Positions 37,492 through 45,694 of a stretch of 64,000 bases of DNA are shown here, in pieces. A model generated the notes under the pieces. The model was not told where the DNA came from. It saw only the letters and a program-made list of their open reading frames with translations, and made no database searches. The stretch is taken from assembly GCA_965237775.1 (NCBI GenBank), contig OZ250155.1:4831814-4895813 (forward strand), in the 5' to 3' direction. Within the stretch, counting starts at the first letter, position 1. The number at the start of each line of letters is the position of its first letter. The position numbers were made by a program, and so were the translations under genes. Source of the stretch: Dehalococcoidia bacterium (GTDB lineage: Bacteria > Chloroflexota > Dehalococcoidia > Lucifugimonadales > UBA3495).

Positions 37492-38673
37492 CTAATCCCT
37501 CCCCAGGATGGCGGTCCCGCCGCTGTGCCGCGTACCCAGCGCGCCTCCCGTGCCGTGGCACAGTGCGATGTTGCAGTCGGGCACCTGCCTTGGGGTCCCA
37601 TCGAACTGGTGTCTGAGCTGGCGCGTAGCTTCCATCAGCAGGAATATGCCCCGCATCCCCGGGTGGTTGGAGGAGAGGCCGCCACCGTCGGTGTTGATCG
37701 GCAATTCGCCGCCAATCTGCAATCTTCCCCCGGTCACGAAGTCCCCGCCTTCGCCTTTCTGGCAGAACCCTAGGTCCTCCAGAGTCTCCAGCACAGTGAT
37801 GGTGAAGGAATCGTAGATCATAGCCATGTCTATGTCTTCGTGGGTAACGCCTGCCATAGCAAAGGCTGGCCCGTGGCTCTGCCTCGCCGCGATGTATTGC
37901 AGGTCCCGTTTTCCCGCGCCCTGGTGTGCCACCGCTTCTCCCGCGCCGAGCACCCAGACCGGAGTTTGCCGGCAGTTCCTCGCAACCTCCGCTGAGGCAA
38001 CCACCACGGCCCCTCCTCCGTCGGTAATCACGCAGCAGTCGGGCAGATGCAGCGGATCGGAAATCATCCTGGAGTTTACTATGTCTTCGACTGTCACAGG
38101 GTTGCGGAACAGGGCTTCCGGGTTCATCGAGGCATGGTGACGTACCGCCACGGCGATCTCGGCAAGCTGCTCAGACGTGGTGCCGTAGAGGTGCATGTGC
38201 CGCTTCGCGATCATGGCGTAGAGACCCACCGTAGTCAGCCCATAGAGTTCTTCGAAGCTGTCAGGGGAAGGCTCCAGAGTTGGGTGACCGAACCTGGCCA
38301 CTCCCCCGGTGCCCACCGATACGCCTCCGGACCGCGCCAGGCTGCTGTACGTGATGACGGCGCAGTTCATCCGCCCGGCGGCGATGGCGTTCAGACAGTG
38401 CGAAAGATGGAACTCGAACGAACCTCCGCCTACAGTCGTGTTGTCAACGTAGCTGGGGTACATATTCAGGTAGTCGGCCAGGTTGAGGCCGCTATTGCGT
38501 GCGGAGCTTGAAGCTGTGAGCAGGCCATCCACGTCCGACTTGGTCAGACCCGCGTCCTCCAAGGCCTTAATGACGCTCTCTCCCTGGATTTGAAGCTCGC
38601 TCTTGTCAGGAGCGTAACGGGTGATGTGTTCGTGTATACCGACGATTGCAGCGGTGCGTTTCAGGTCGGGCAT
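37492..38673 (-). CDS. Thiolase-like protein (SCP-x / non-specific lipid-transfer type)
   Basis: AAIVGIHEH..., C-terminal GGGLSSNHPGMRG and LCHGTGG motifs. Start trimmed to ATG 38673. Confidence 0.75.
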   Translation of the reverse strand: MPDLKRTAAIVGIHEHITRYAPDKSELQIQGESVIKALEDAGLTKSDVDGLLTASSSARNSGLNLADYLNMYPSYVDNTTVGGGSFEFHLSHCLNAIAAGRMNCAVITYSSLARSGGVSVGTGGVARFGHPTLEPSPDSFEELYGLTTVGLYAMIAKRHMHLYGTTSEQLAEIAVAVRHHASMNPEALFRNPVTVEDIVNSRMISDPLHLPDCCVITDGGGAVVVASAEVARNCRQTPVWVLGAGEAVAHQGAGKRDLQYIAARQSHGPAFAMAGVTHEDIDMAMIYDSFTITVLETLEDLGFCQKGEGGDFVTGGRLQIGGELPINTDGGGLSSNHPGMRGIFLLMEATRQLRHQFDGTPRQVPDCNIALCHGTGGALGTRHSGGTAILGRD

Positions 38674-38713
38674 GAAGTCAAAGCCCCTCTCTATCTGGCT
38701 CGGACACTGGTCT

Positions 38714-39244
38714 TCAGGCTGACGGTCTGGGTCTGAACCTATTTTGGACATTGGCCACGATCCTGTGAACCAATGGAGCTTCACGGAGCCTGCCGGTGTT
38801 AACCCTCATCCCCATCCGGTACACGAGCTCGGCGCCGAAGTAATTTCCCACCAAAAGGAGCGGCATCCCCAAGAGGGAGAGCGCCAATGCGTGTGGAGCA
38901 GTCCGGCTTGCGTCTAAGTCTGGGACTCTAAGCGCGAGGCTTAAGGCGAAGACCGATACAAGCGACAGGTTTGCGAGCATGTGCCACGTGGTGACCCGGC
39001 GCTTTCGAGAGCCCGGCACCATGCCAAAATAGTCCACGAATCCAGTAACCATCGCCAGCAGAGCCCCAACGAGGCCAACGACGATGTTGAAGAAAGCCGC
39101 GATTACAAGTTCGGGCTGTAAGAACACCCAGGAGAGAATATCAAAGAGCAGGCTCGTGGGGAAAAGGGCGGTCGGAAAGTGGACAAACATGGGGTGGCTG
39201 GGATGCCCCAATGGCTTACCTTGCAAAATATCTTTGATGCTCAT
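38714..39244 (-). CDS. DUF2231-like membrane protein
   Basis: HPSHPMFVHFPTALFPTSLLFD followed by four TM segments. Confidence 0.5.
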   Translation of the reverse strand: MSIKDILQGKPLGHPSHPMFVHFPTALFPTSLLFDILSWVFLQPELVIAAFFNIVVGLVGALLAMVTGFVDYFGMVPGSRKRRVTTWHMLANLSLVSVFALSLALRVPDLDASRTAPHALALSLLGMPLLLVGNYFGAELVYRMGMRVNTGRLREAPLVHRIVANVQNRFRPRPSA

Positions 39245-39322
39245 GTTTGTGTCACATCAAACCACCCTTCGGAGGCTCGTTTGTGGTCCTAGATCAGGAT
39301 CTGGTCCCTGTTACAACTATCC

Positions 39323-39478
39323 TTACTCGCCGGCGCTCAACGCCGCGACTATATTGTTGGCGGCCTCCTCGGCACTAATCTCCGCCGCCTCGGCTGCTGC
39401 TTGCAGGTCCGCAAGGATGATATGCCGGTCATCACCATGATTGTCGTCTGGTTCACCGCATCCACAACTCAAGCACAT
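39323..39478 (-). CDS. Small Cys/His/Asp-rich protein (51 aa), not in the ORF track
   Basis: My reverse translation gives MCLSCGCGEPDDNHGDDRHIILADLQAAAEAAEISAEEAANNIVAALSAGE*. GGAGAGGAGAAG Shine-Dalgarno lies upstream of ATG 39478. Confidence 0.5.
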   Translation of the reverse strand: MCLSCGCGEPDDNHGDDRHIILADLQAAAEAAEISAEEAANNIVAALSAGE

Positions 39479-39781
39479 ATCGCTTCTCCTCTCCGGGCCC
39501 CAGCCACCCTTGAGAAACTGTTCCGGCCATGTGACCAGAACATCTTGGAAATAGAGCTCTTCACCGCGTCACCGGGACTGGAAGGCTCCGCGCAATCATA
39601 GCGCGCCGCCTATATCCGGTCAATTGGGAATGTTCGAGACTCGGAATCCGAGCTACTGTTCGCGGCGCTGGGATCGTCGAGACAACGGCCGGGGACGGAG
39701 CATCTACATGGACTCTTCCTATTCATCAACATAGCCGATATAGTAGGTTCTGACCTTGGACAACGGGTTTTTGGAGGACTG

Positions 39782-40429
39782 ATGCTTGCATTTCTGGGAG
39801 GCACTGGCCCCGAGGGGCGGGGCCTCGCGCTGCGGTTCGCACTGGCGGGGGAGGATGTGATAATCGGCTCCAGGGACGCCTCACGCGCCGCTACGGCAGC
39901 GGAGGAGCTGAAGGAACTCGCCCCCGGTTCACGCATCGAAGGCGCGGCCAACGCTGACGCCGCAGCCGCGGCAGACGTCGTGTTCCTCGCCTTCCCTTAC
40001 GAAGGCCAGCGTCCCACCCTGGAATCGATCCCCGAGGCGATGGCCGGAAAAATCGTTGTGGACGTCATAGCCCCGATGCAGTTTCAGCGAGGGGTTGGCG
40101 CCAGCGCTGTGGAGGTTGAGGCCGGATCCGCCGCCCAGGAAGCGCAGGAGCTATTGCCTGACTCTCTGGTAGTGTCAGCCTTCCAGAACATCAGCGCCGA
40201 AGAGCTTCAGGAACCGGACACAACGATGGAAGGCGACGTCGTGGTCTGCTCGGACCATGCCGACCCCAAGACCCACGTGATGGAGTTGGTCGGTAAGATC
40301 CCCAACCTCCGCGCGGTGGACGGCGGGGCGTTGTCCAACTCCAAATACGTTGAGCAAATCACGCCGATGCTCGTGAACATCAACCGTATCTACAGAATCC
40401 ACGCGGGAATTAAGATCGTCGGCGTCTAG
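39782..40429 (+). CDS. npdG: NADPH-dependent F420 reductase (F420H2:NADP oxidoreductase)
   Basis: LAFLGGTGPEGRGLALRFALAGEDVIIGSRD N-terminus and the length typical of NpdG/Fno. Confidence 0.7.
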   Translation: MLAFLGGTGPEGRGLALRFALAGEDVIIGSRDASRAATAAEELKELAPGSRIEGAANADAAAAADVVFLAFPYEGQRPTLESIPEAMAGKIVVDVIAPMQFQRGVGASAVEVEAGSAAQEAQELLPDSLVVSAFQNISAEELQEPDTTMEGDVVVCSDHADPKTHVMELVGKIPNLRAVDGGALSNSKYVEQITPMLVNINRIYRIHAGIKIVGV

Positions 40430-40483
40430 CGACGCAGGCCAGGAACTACCCCCGGTCGAATCGATAAAGTCATTCAGGAGTGT

Positions 40484-41014
40484 ATGCCGATGCCAAGAGC
40501 AAGTTTGGACCTGTCAGACCCGCAGACCCTGGCGTCCCTCGGGGGACAATGGCGCTTCGCCCAGGGCCTGGTCCCCGGTGAGCCCAACGAAGGACTGGTC
40601 TCGCAGTTGGCCGGAAGCCCAGCCCGCCTACCGGACTACGACGATTCCGGCTGGGAGGCCATCGACGACCTGGGAGAGTGGCGCTCCCACGGCCTAACCT
40701 TCGCCTGGTACCGCACCAAGGTCACCTTGCCAGAAACCGTGGATGGCCACGACATCCGAGACACAAGGGTCCTTTTCGAGACCTGCATCGACGACTACGG
40801 CGAGCTTTGGATCGACGGCGACTGCAACCGGCAACTCGGCGCCGTCCAGGGCTTCAACGTTCCGCAAAGGGTCGTCGTCACCGCCGAGCCTCAACCGGGC
40901 GGGGAACACACCATCGCCTTGCTCGCGATCAATGGTCCCCTGGGTGCGCCGGGCGGAGCCGTGTTCGTCCGTTACGCCACTTTGGCTTTCGAGTGGCGGT
41001 CAACCGCCAATTAA
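40484..41014 (+). CDS. Hypothetical protein, galactose-binding-domain-like (GH2 sugar-binding jelly-roll pattern)
   Basis: DDSGWEAI...WRSHGLTFAWYRTKVTLP...VLFETCIDDYGELWIDG resembles the GH2 N-terminal domain pattern. No catalytic domain present. Confidence 0.4.
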   Translation: MPMPRASLDLSDPQTLASLGGQWRFAQGLVPGEPNEGLVSQLAGSPARLPDYDDSGWEAIDDLGEWRSHGLTFAWYRTKVTLPETVDGHDIRDTRVLFETCIDDYGELWIDGDCNRQLGAVQGFNVPQRVVVTAEPQPGGEHTIALLAINGPLGAPGGAVFVRYATLAFEWRSTAN

Positions 41015-41035
41015 AAAGGCCCGCCCCGGCTCTGG

Positions 41036-41302
41036 TTACTCGTCCTCGTCTTCGTCGAGGTCGTCCAGCTCTTGGAACTCGTAGCCCAACGCCTCCAGTT
41101 CTGACTGGAGGCGTTGGGAGAATTCTTGGACGGTCCCGCTTTCCGGCACCGTGATTTCGATGATGCCGCCGGGGGCGCTTCCGATGGAGCCGGGGTCTTC
41201 CTTGGTCAATTCCACCCGGACCGACTCCCGGTGAATTCCCATCTGGTCGGTAACCGAGAAGATGGCCCCCATGTCGGCCATGTTGATTATCTCGTCAGGC
41301 AT
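41036..41302 (-). CDS. Hypothetical acidic protein
   Basis: 88-aa ORF ending ELDDLDEDEDE, 18 nt downstream of the thioredoxin-like gene. Confidence 0.4.
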   Translation of the reverse strand: MPDEIINMADMGAIFSVTDQMGIHRESVRVELTKEDPGSIGSAPGGIIEITVPESGTVQEFSQRLQSELEALGYEFQELDDLDEDEDE

Positions 41303-41320
41303 GTTGGAAACCCCGGCCGC

Positions 41321-41956
41321 CTAATCTTCCGGCGGCCATTTGGTGCCGCCCACCGCTGGCCTGTCCGGCGAGGCCATATCCAGGCCTTCCGTCACCGTCC
41401 TGCCGAACGCGCCCAAGATAACCTCTCCCCATTCCTGGGCGTGGGACACCCGGAACGCCATGCGTTTGCCCCGGCTGGCGGCCCTGCGGTTCTCCTCGCT
41501 CTCGGCGGCAACTTCCTCGGCGATAGCGTCGTCCATCGCGTCGATCGACGGCACCAACTCAAGGGCGGTCTCCACAAAACGAGCGATCTCGCCCATGTTC
41601 GAGTCCATGACCACAAACACCGGAACAGTCCCAGCCCGGTTTTCGGGCAAGAAGCTGTTGGTTAGCTCCAACTCATCGTCCCGGTTGAACACCTGCACCG
41701 AGATGTTCGGCGAACTCTCAGCCAAGCGTAGGATCACCGGCGTCGTGCTAACCGCGTCCCCGCACCAGTCCGCAGTGAACACGGCCAGATTAACCGGCCC
41801 TGGCAGCCCGTCGAATAGGGACTTTGCCGACTCCGGGACCTGGAGCGCCTCGTAGATGTCCACAAACGGCTGCTTGTTGACCTTAATCTGATCGATGTAC
41901 TGCTGTACGGTCATCCCTTGATTGAATTTATCCGCATTTAACGACATGGCTTTCAT
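41321..41956 (-). CDS. Thioredoxin-fold family protein
   Basis: LAVFTADWCGDAV in the position of the WCxxC motif on a thioredoxin-like scaffold. Confidence 0.55.
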   Translation of the reverse strand: MKAMSLNADKFNQGMTVQQYIDQIKVNKQPFVDIYEALQVPESAKSLFDGLPGPVNLAVFTADWCGDAVSTTPVILRLAESSPNISVQVFNRDDELELTNSFLPENRAGTVPVFVVMDSNMGEIARFVETALELVPSIDAMDDAIAEEVAAESEENRRAASRGKRMAFRVSHAQEWGEVILGAFGRTVTEGLDMASPDRPAVGGTKWPPED

Positions 41957-42123
41957 CCTCCTGATCTAGGACTGACAGGCGTAGTTTCTCAGCAATACAC
42001 CGGCTTGGCAATGGGCTGGGGGTACACAGCGGAAGTGCCTGAGACGGGATGGTTAACGGCAGGGATGAGCCGTGCTAGAATTGTGCCCAGCTACGTCAAA
42101 TTCCCCAGGGAGGGGTACCCCCG

Positions 42124-42561
42124 TTGGCAACCGAGAACAATGGCCCTCAGTTAAAATATGCCATATTCTGCCACGACACGGAAGACGACCCAAACGGCGA
42201 ATTAGTCCTCAAGGGGGTCATAGACTTGATAGATTTGGCCCCGCCCAAGGACAACACTGAAGGGACCGACCCGCTGCTTGCGGAACTCGACGTCCAGTTG
42301 GCGTTTTGCATCTCCGGAGCCGCGCCGGGACCCCACCATCTCCTGGTCGCGATCAAAGCGCCGGGAGCGCCGCTCGACCTTCCGCCGCCTCAGCTAATCA
42401 ACTGGGAAGAGGGCATCATATTCCAGCGCTGGATCAAGCTATTCCGGATACCGGTCCAGCGCCCAGGGTATCATGCCGCCGCCATCCTGCTGGATGGGAC
42501 ACCGTTGGGCGAAGCCAGCTTCCTGGTGAGGCTGAAAGACGATGGCGCGGAATCCAATTAA
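42124..42561 (+). CDS. Hypothetical protein
   Basis: 145-aa ORF with a TTG start 7 nt after GGGAGGGG. No motif recognised. Confidence 0.45.
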   Translation: MATENNGPQLKYAIFCHDTEDDPNGELVLKGVIDLIDLAPPKDNTEGTDPLLAELDVQLAFCISGAAPGPHHLLVAIKAPGAPLDLPPPQLINWEEGIIFQRWIKLFRIPVQRPGYHAAAILLDGTPLGEASFLVRLKDDGAESN

Positions 42562-42582
42562 GCGGCAAGAAACATGCACCAC

Positions 42583-42720
42583 TTAGCGCTTGCCGATTCG
42601 AAACACCTTGGTCCCGCAGATGTGACACACGCCACGGGTAGCCGGGCGGCCGTTCCGTAACGTGACTTGCTGAGGGTCTCGGATTTCCTGAGTCTCGCGG
42701 CATTTCAAGCAGTACGCCAC
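42583..42720 (-). CDS. Small zinc-ribbon protein, DUF5679-like (45 aa), not in the ORF track
   Basis: My reverse translation gives MAYCLKCRETQEIRDPQQVTLRNGRPATRGVCHICGTKVFRIGKR*. CxxC...CxxC. GTG start 9 nt after GGAGGG. Confidence 0.6.
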   Translation of the reverse strand: MAYCLKCRETQEIRDPQQVTLRNGRPATRGVCHICGTKVFRIGKR

Positions 42721-42802
42721 CAATCGAAGCCCTCCTGATCAGAGTCTCCGGGCCGGCCGGTCCCGGAGGAACGTCCACCGCTAGCGGGTCAGGTCCCACA
42801 CA

Positions 42803-43369
42803 TTACTCTTGCATAAACCAACGCACGAATTGGGAAGCCGGTGTGCGGCGGGAGGCTGTGTGGTCCCCGTGAACGCCGATGGATAGCATGGTCGCAAGCG
42901 TCCAATCCTTGTCCGCACCCAAAAGGTCAATGAGGCCGGGGGCGCGAGTCACCCCTCCTGTTTCCCAGGTAACCGCCAACCCCTCGGCAACACCAGCTAA
43001 CGCCATGTTCTGGACGGCACAACAGACCGCTGCATAATTCTCCCGGGTTTGCTCTTCGTTGTCACCGGGAACGCAATACACATAGACCACGTAAGGAGGG
43101 TCCAACACCATCTGGCTGGCGGCTTCGGCCCGGCGGGAATTCCCTGACCGTTCCAGGACTGTCTCCCGGGCCAACTCCGCTGCTTGCAGCCTCGCCGGGC
43201 TATCCTTCTGCAAGACAAAGAACCTCCACGGCTCGGTCAACCTGTGGTTGGGAGCCCAAACAGCGGCGTCCAACATCCTCTCGATAGCAGATGTGGACAC
43301 CGGGGAATCCTCGAATTCCCACGCCATTCTTCGCCCGTAAATCGCCTGGTAAACTCCAACTTCTTGCAT
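42803..43369 (-). CDS. Nitroreductase family protein
   Basis: AIYGRRMAWEF, AVWAPNHRLTEPWRF and a conserved C-terminal half. Start at ATG 43369 is tentative; the track ORF extends to 43645. Confidence 0.7.
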   Translation of the reverse strand: MQEVGVYQAIYGRRMAWEFEDSPVSTSAIERMLDAAVWAPNHRLTEPWRFFVLQKDSPARLQAAELARETVLERSGNSRRAEAASQMVLDPPYVVYVYCVPGDNEEQTRENYAAVCCAVQNMALAGVAEGLAVTWETGGVTRAPGLIDLLGADKDWTLATMLSIGVHGDHTASRRTPASQFVRWFMQE

Positions 43370-43657
43370 ATCTCTATTTGTCACGGCATCATCCCCTGGG
43401 CTTAAGTTTGGTCGAGTCCGGTGTTTAAGTTCCGGAGTCCGCGTCCGGTAGCTGGAAATCCGTATCATCAAATGCGTCTCGCCGCCGGAGACTACCCTCA
43501 AAATTCCCAGCACACCTCCAGTCGGGTCCAGGAGTTTCAAAACCACATGGCTGATATGGCCTCCCAGCGATTTGGCCAAAAGCAACGCAAGGTGATTTTG
43601 GGGACAATGGGAGGTAGCCAGCCCGCGCATCTCAACCGCCAACATCCGGGCCTGCTC

Positions 43658-43768
43658 CTAGGACAGATGCACAACGTATGCCGACTTTCCCTTCTTGAGA
43701 CGCAGAAGCGACTCTGCGCCCCGGCCATCCTCGGTACGACGGACCTGATACGGAAATACGGGTGTCAT
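43658..43768 (-). CDS. Possible 36-aa ORF, or 5' piece of a TAG-interrupted gene
   Basis: ATG 43768, 5 nt after GGAGGG. MTPVFPYQVRRTEDGRGAESLLRLKKGKSAYVVHLS then TAG (43658-43660). The same frame stays open into the nitroreductase ORF. Confidence 0.3.
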   Translation of the reverse strand: MTPVFPYQVRRTEDGRGAESLLRLKKGKSAYVVHLS

Positions 43769-44062
43769 GAGTCCCTCCATGACTCAGTGATCCGGCGCGG
43801 TTGACCCTAGCCCGGGTCGACACTCTGGCCCTGACTCCGCGCCTAGCCACTTATTTACGTACAATGGCTATATGATACTAGATGGTAAGTATACGCATAC
43901 TATCTGAAACGTCAACACCAAGTATTGACTTATCTGTTCATGGGGCCACGAATATCGTGGAGAGTAACCCATCGGAGGTTTTGGCGAGTCAGTAGAGATC
44001 GAAGGCGGGTGCGACAATATTTGACATGCGTAAATCGCGGGCTCGACGGCGCCGTACCGGAG

Positions 44063-44091
44063 TTGAACGCCGCACAGCTCTTGTCTATAAT
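44063..44091 (+). promoter_or_regulatory. Near-consensus sigma-70 promoter upstream of the desulforedoxin-like pair
   Basis: TTGAAC (44063-44068), 17 nt, TATAAT (44086-44091). Confidence 0.5.
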
Positions 44092-44136
44092 TGTCGCAAT
44101 AACTCCGCCAGCATGCTGGCAAAGGGGGTCAATCCC

Positions 44137-44253
44137 GTGGCCAACCAGACCGGTAAACGATATAACTGCGCGAAATGCGGATCCGAATTCATCGTGACCA
44201 AGGGCGGCGAGGGCACCGTTATCTGCTGCAGGGAACCGATGCAGCAAAAGTAA
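44137..44253 (+). CDS. Desulforedoxin-like small protein 1 (38 aa)
   Basis: MANQTGKRYNCAKCGSEFIVTKGGEGTVICCREPMQQK. The CxxC...CC spacing matches desulforedoxin (KCELCG...GGGTLVCCGEDM). GTG 44137 lies 7 nt after AAGGGGG; ATG 44113 is an alternative start. Confidence 0.6.
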   Translation: MANQTGKRYNCAKCGSEFIVTKGGEGTVICCREPMQQK

Positions 44254-44305
44254 CTACCGTAAAATTACCCAAGTCCTGAGACTTGGTCCAAAGGAGGACC
44301 TTCCA

Positions 44306-44449
44306 ATGGCGAACGAGTTAGGCAAGCGTTATGTCTGCGGCACCTGCGGCAGTAGCGTTCTCTGCACCAAGGGCGGCGAAGGAGTCGTGAATTGCTGCGA
44401 GGGCGAGATGGAGCTGCAACAGCCCCGCAAGCTGCCCTCTTCCGACTAA
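44306..44449 (+). CDS. Desulforedoxin-like small protein 2 (47 aa), not in the ORF track
   Basis: MANELGKRYVCGTCGSSVLCTKGGEGVVNCCEGEMELQQPRKLPSSD*. AAGGAGGA Shine-Dalgarno upstream. Confidence 0.65.
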   Translation: MANELGKRYVCGTCGSSVLCTKGGEGVVNCCEGEMELQQPRKLPSSD

Positions 44450-44480
44450 CGCTTCTACTCCGGATACACTGATAAGAGGA

Positions 44481-44510
44481 ACACCCCGGAGCGCTCCGGG
44501 GTGTTTCGCA
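44481..44510. terminator. Rho-independent terminator between convergent genes
   Basis: ACACCCCGGAG/CTCCGGGGTGT inverted repeat followed by TTCGCATTTT. Confidence 0.7.
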
Positions 44511-44535
44511 TTTTGCGGCTAGGTCCCTTATTTCT

Positions 44536-45606
44536 CTACCTGAAGTAGGGAATCACGTGGCGGCCCATCAGCTTGATTGAATCCATGATCCGCGTGTGTT
44601 CCAGCCTTCCGGGCTGAACGAAACACAATACCTGGTCCACACCCGCTTCCTGGTACTTCTTCATCACCTCGATGACCGTATCCGGGTTGCCCATCGCGAA
44701 GGCGCCTGAGGCGATGTGGTCCTCGACGGTCTTGTCCGCCCGCTCGGTCTGCACGGCGTCAACCGCGAACTTGTAAGAGTCGGGCACCTGGCGTCCGGCC
44801 CACGGGGCATACAGGTTTTCCGCCTGCTGAACGAACCAGGCCCCTTCCTGGCCGCCTACGCGGCGGGCTTCCTCGTCGTCTTCCCCGCAATGCACGATGC
44901 ATAGAGCGGCAACCTGGTTGTTGACGAACTTGCCAACAGGGTTGGCGTTCTTAATCGCTTCCCGATAGGCGGCGACCCGTTCCTCCATCTGTGCGTAGCC
45001 GCCCAGGTTGAAGCACAGCACGCCCAGCCCCAATTCCCCTGCTTGGCGGAAGGAGTCGGGTTGGCTGCACGCCACCCACATAGGTGGGTGGGGTTGCTGC
45101 ACAGGCTTGGGAATGACCGACCGCTCGGGGATGTTGAAAAACTCGCCCTGGTGAGAGAAGGGGTCCTCCGTCCACATCTTGGGGATCATGCCAATGGCTT
45201 CCCGCCACTGGGCCCTGGTCTGCTCCGGGTCTACCTCAAAGCCGTCCATCTCGATGAGCGTCGTCGACCGGCCCGTGCCCAAGTCCATGCGTCCATCGCT
45301 CAGGATATCCAGCACCGCGGCCCGTTCCGCCACTCTTACGGGGTGGTTGTACTGGCCCGGCAGCAGTGCCACCGCATGGCCGATGCGGATCCGCTTGGTG
45401 CGTTGGGAGATTGCCCCGTAGAGCACCTCGGGGGCAGAGCAGTGTGAGAACTCCCGCAGAAAATGGTGTTCCACCGTCCAGAAATAATCGAACCCAACCT
45501 CGTCCGCCAGGTCCACCTGGGCCAAAACCTGCTTGTACCGCTCCTGCTCAACCCCCGGGTAATGCGGTTCCGGTATCTGAATCTCATACATCAGACCGAA
45601 TTTCAT
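44536..45606 (-). CDS. Luciferase-like monooxygenase (LLM-class flavin/F420-dependent oxidoreductase)
   Basis: MKFGLMYEIQ...FDYFWTVEHHF...IRIGHAVALLP...GRMDLGTGRS. Start trimmed to ATG 45606 after AAGGAGG. Confidence 0.8.
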   Translation of the reverse strand: MKFGLMYEIQIPEPHYPGVEQERYKQVLAQVDLADEVGFDYFWTVEHHFLREFSHCSAPEVLYGAISQRTKRIRIGHAVALLPGQYNHPVRVAERAAVLDILSDGRMDLGTGRSTTLIEMDGFEVDPEQTRAQWREAIGMIPKMWTEDPFSHQGEFFNIPERSVIPKPVQQPHPPMWVACSQPDSFRQAGELGLGVLCFNLGGYAQMEERVAAYREAIKNANPVGKFVNNQVAALCIVHCGEDDEEARRVGGQEGAWFVQQAENLYAPWAGRQVPDSYKFAVDAVQTERADKTVEDHIASGAFAMGNPDTVIEVMKKYQEAGVDQVLCFVQPGRLEHTRIMDSIKLMGRHVIPYFR

Positions 45607-45694
45607 GACAGTGACCTCCTTCATCCGGGGAAGTAAGTTCCTCCCCGGCCACGTTGTGTTCGGAGCTAAGATAGATTGCTGTCGATAACCACCT

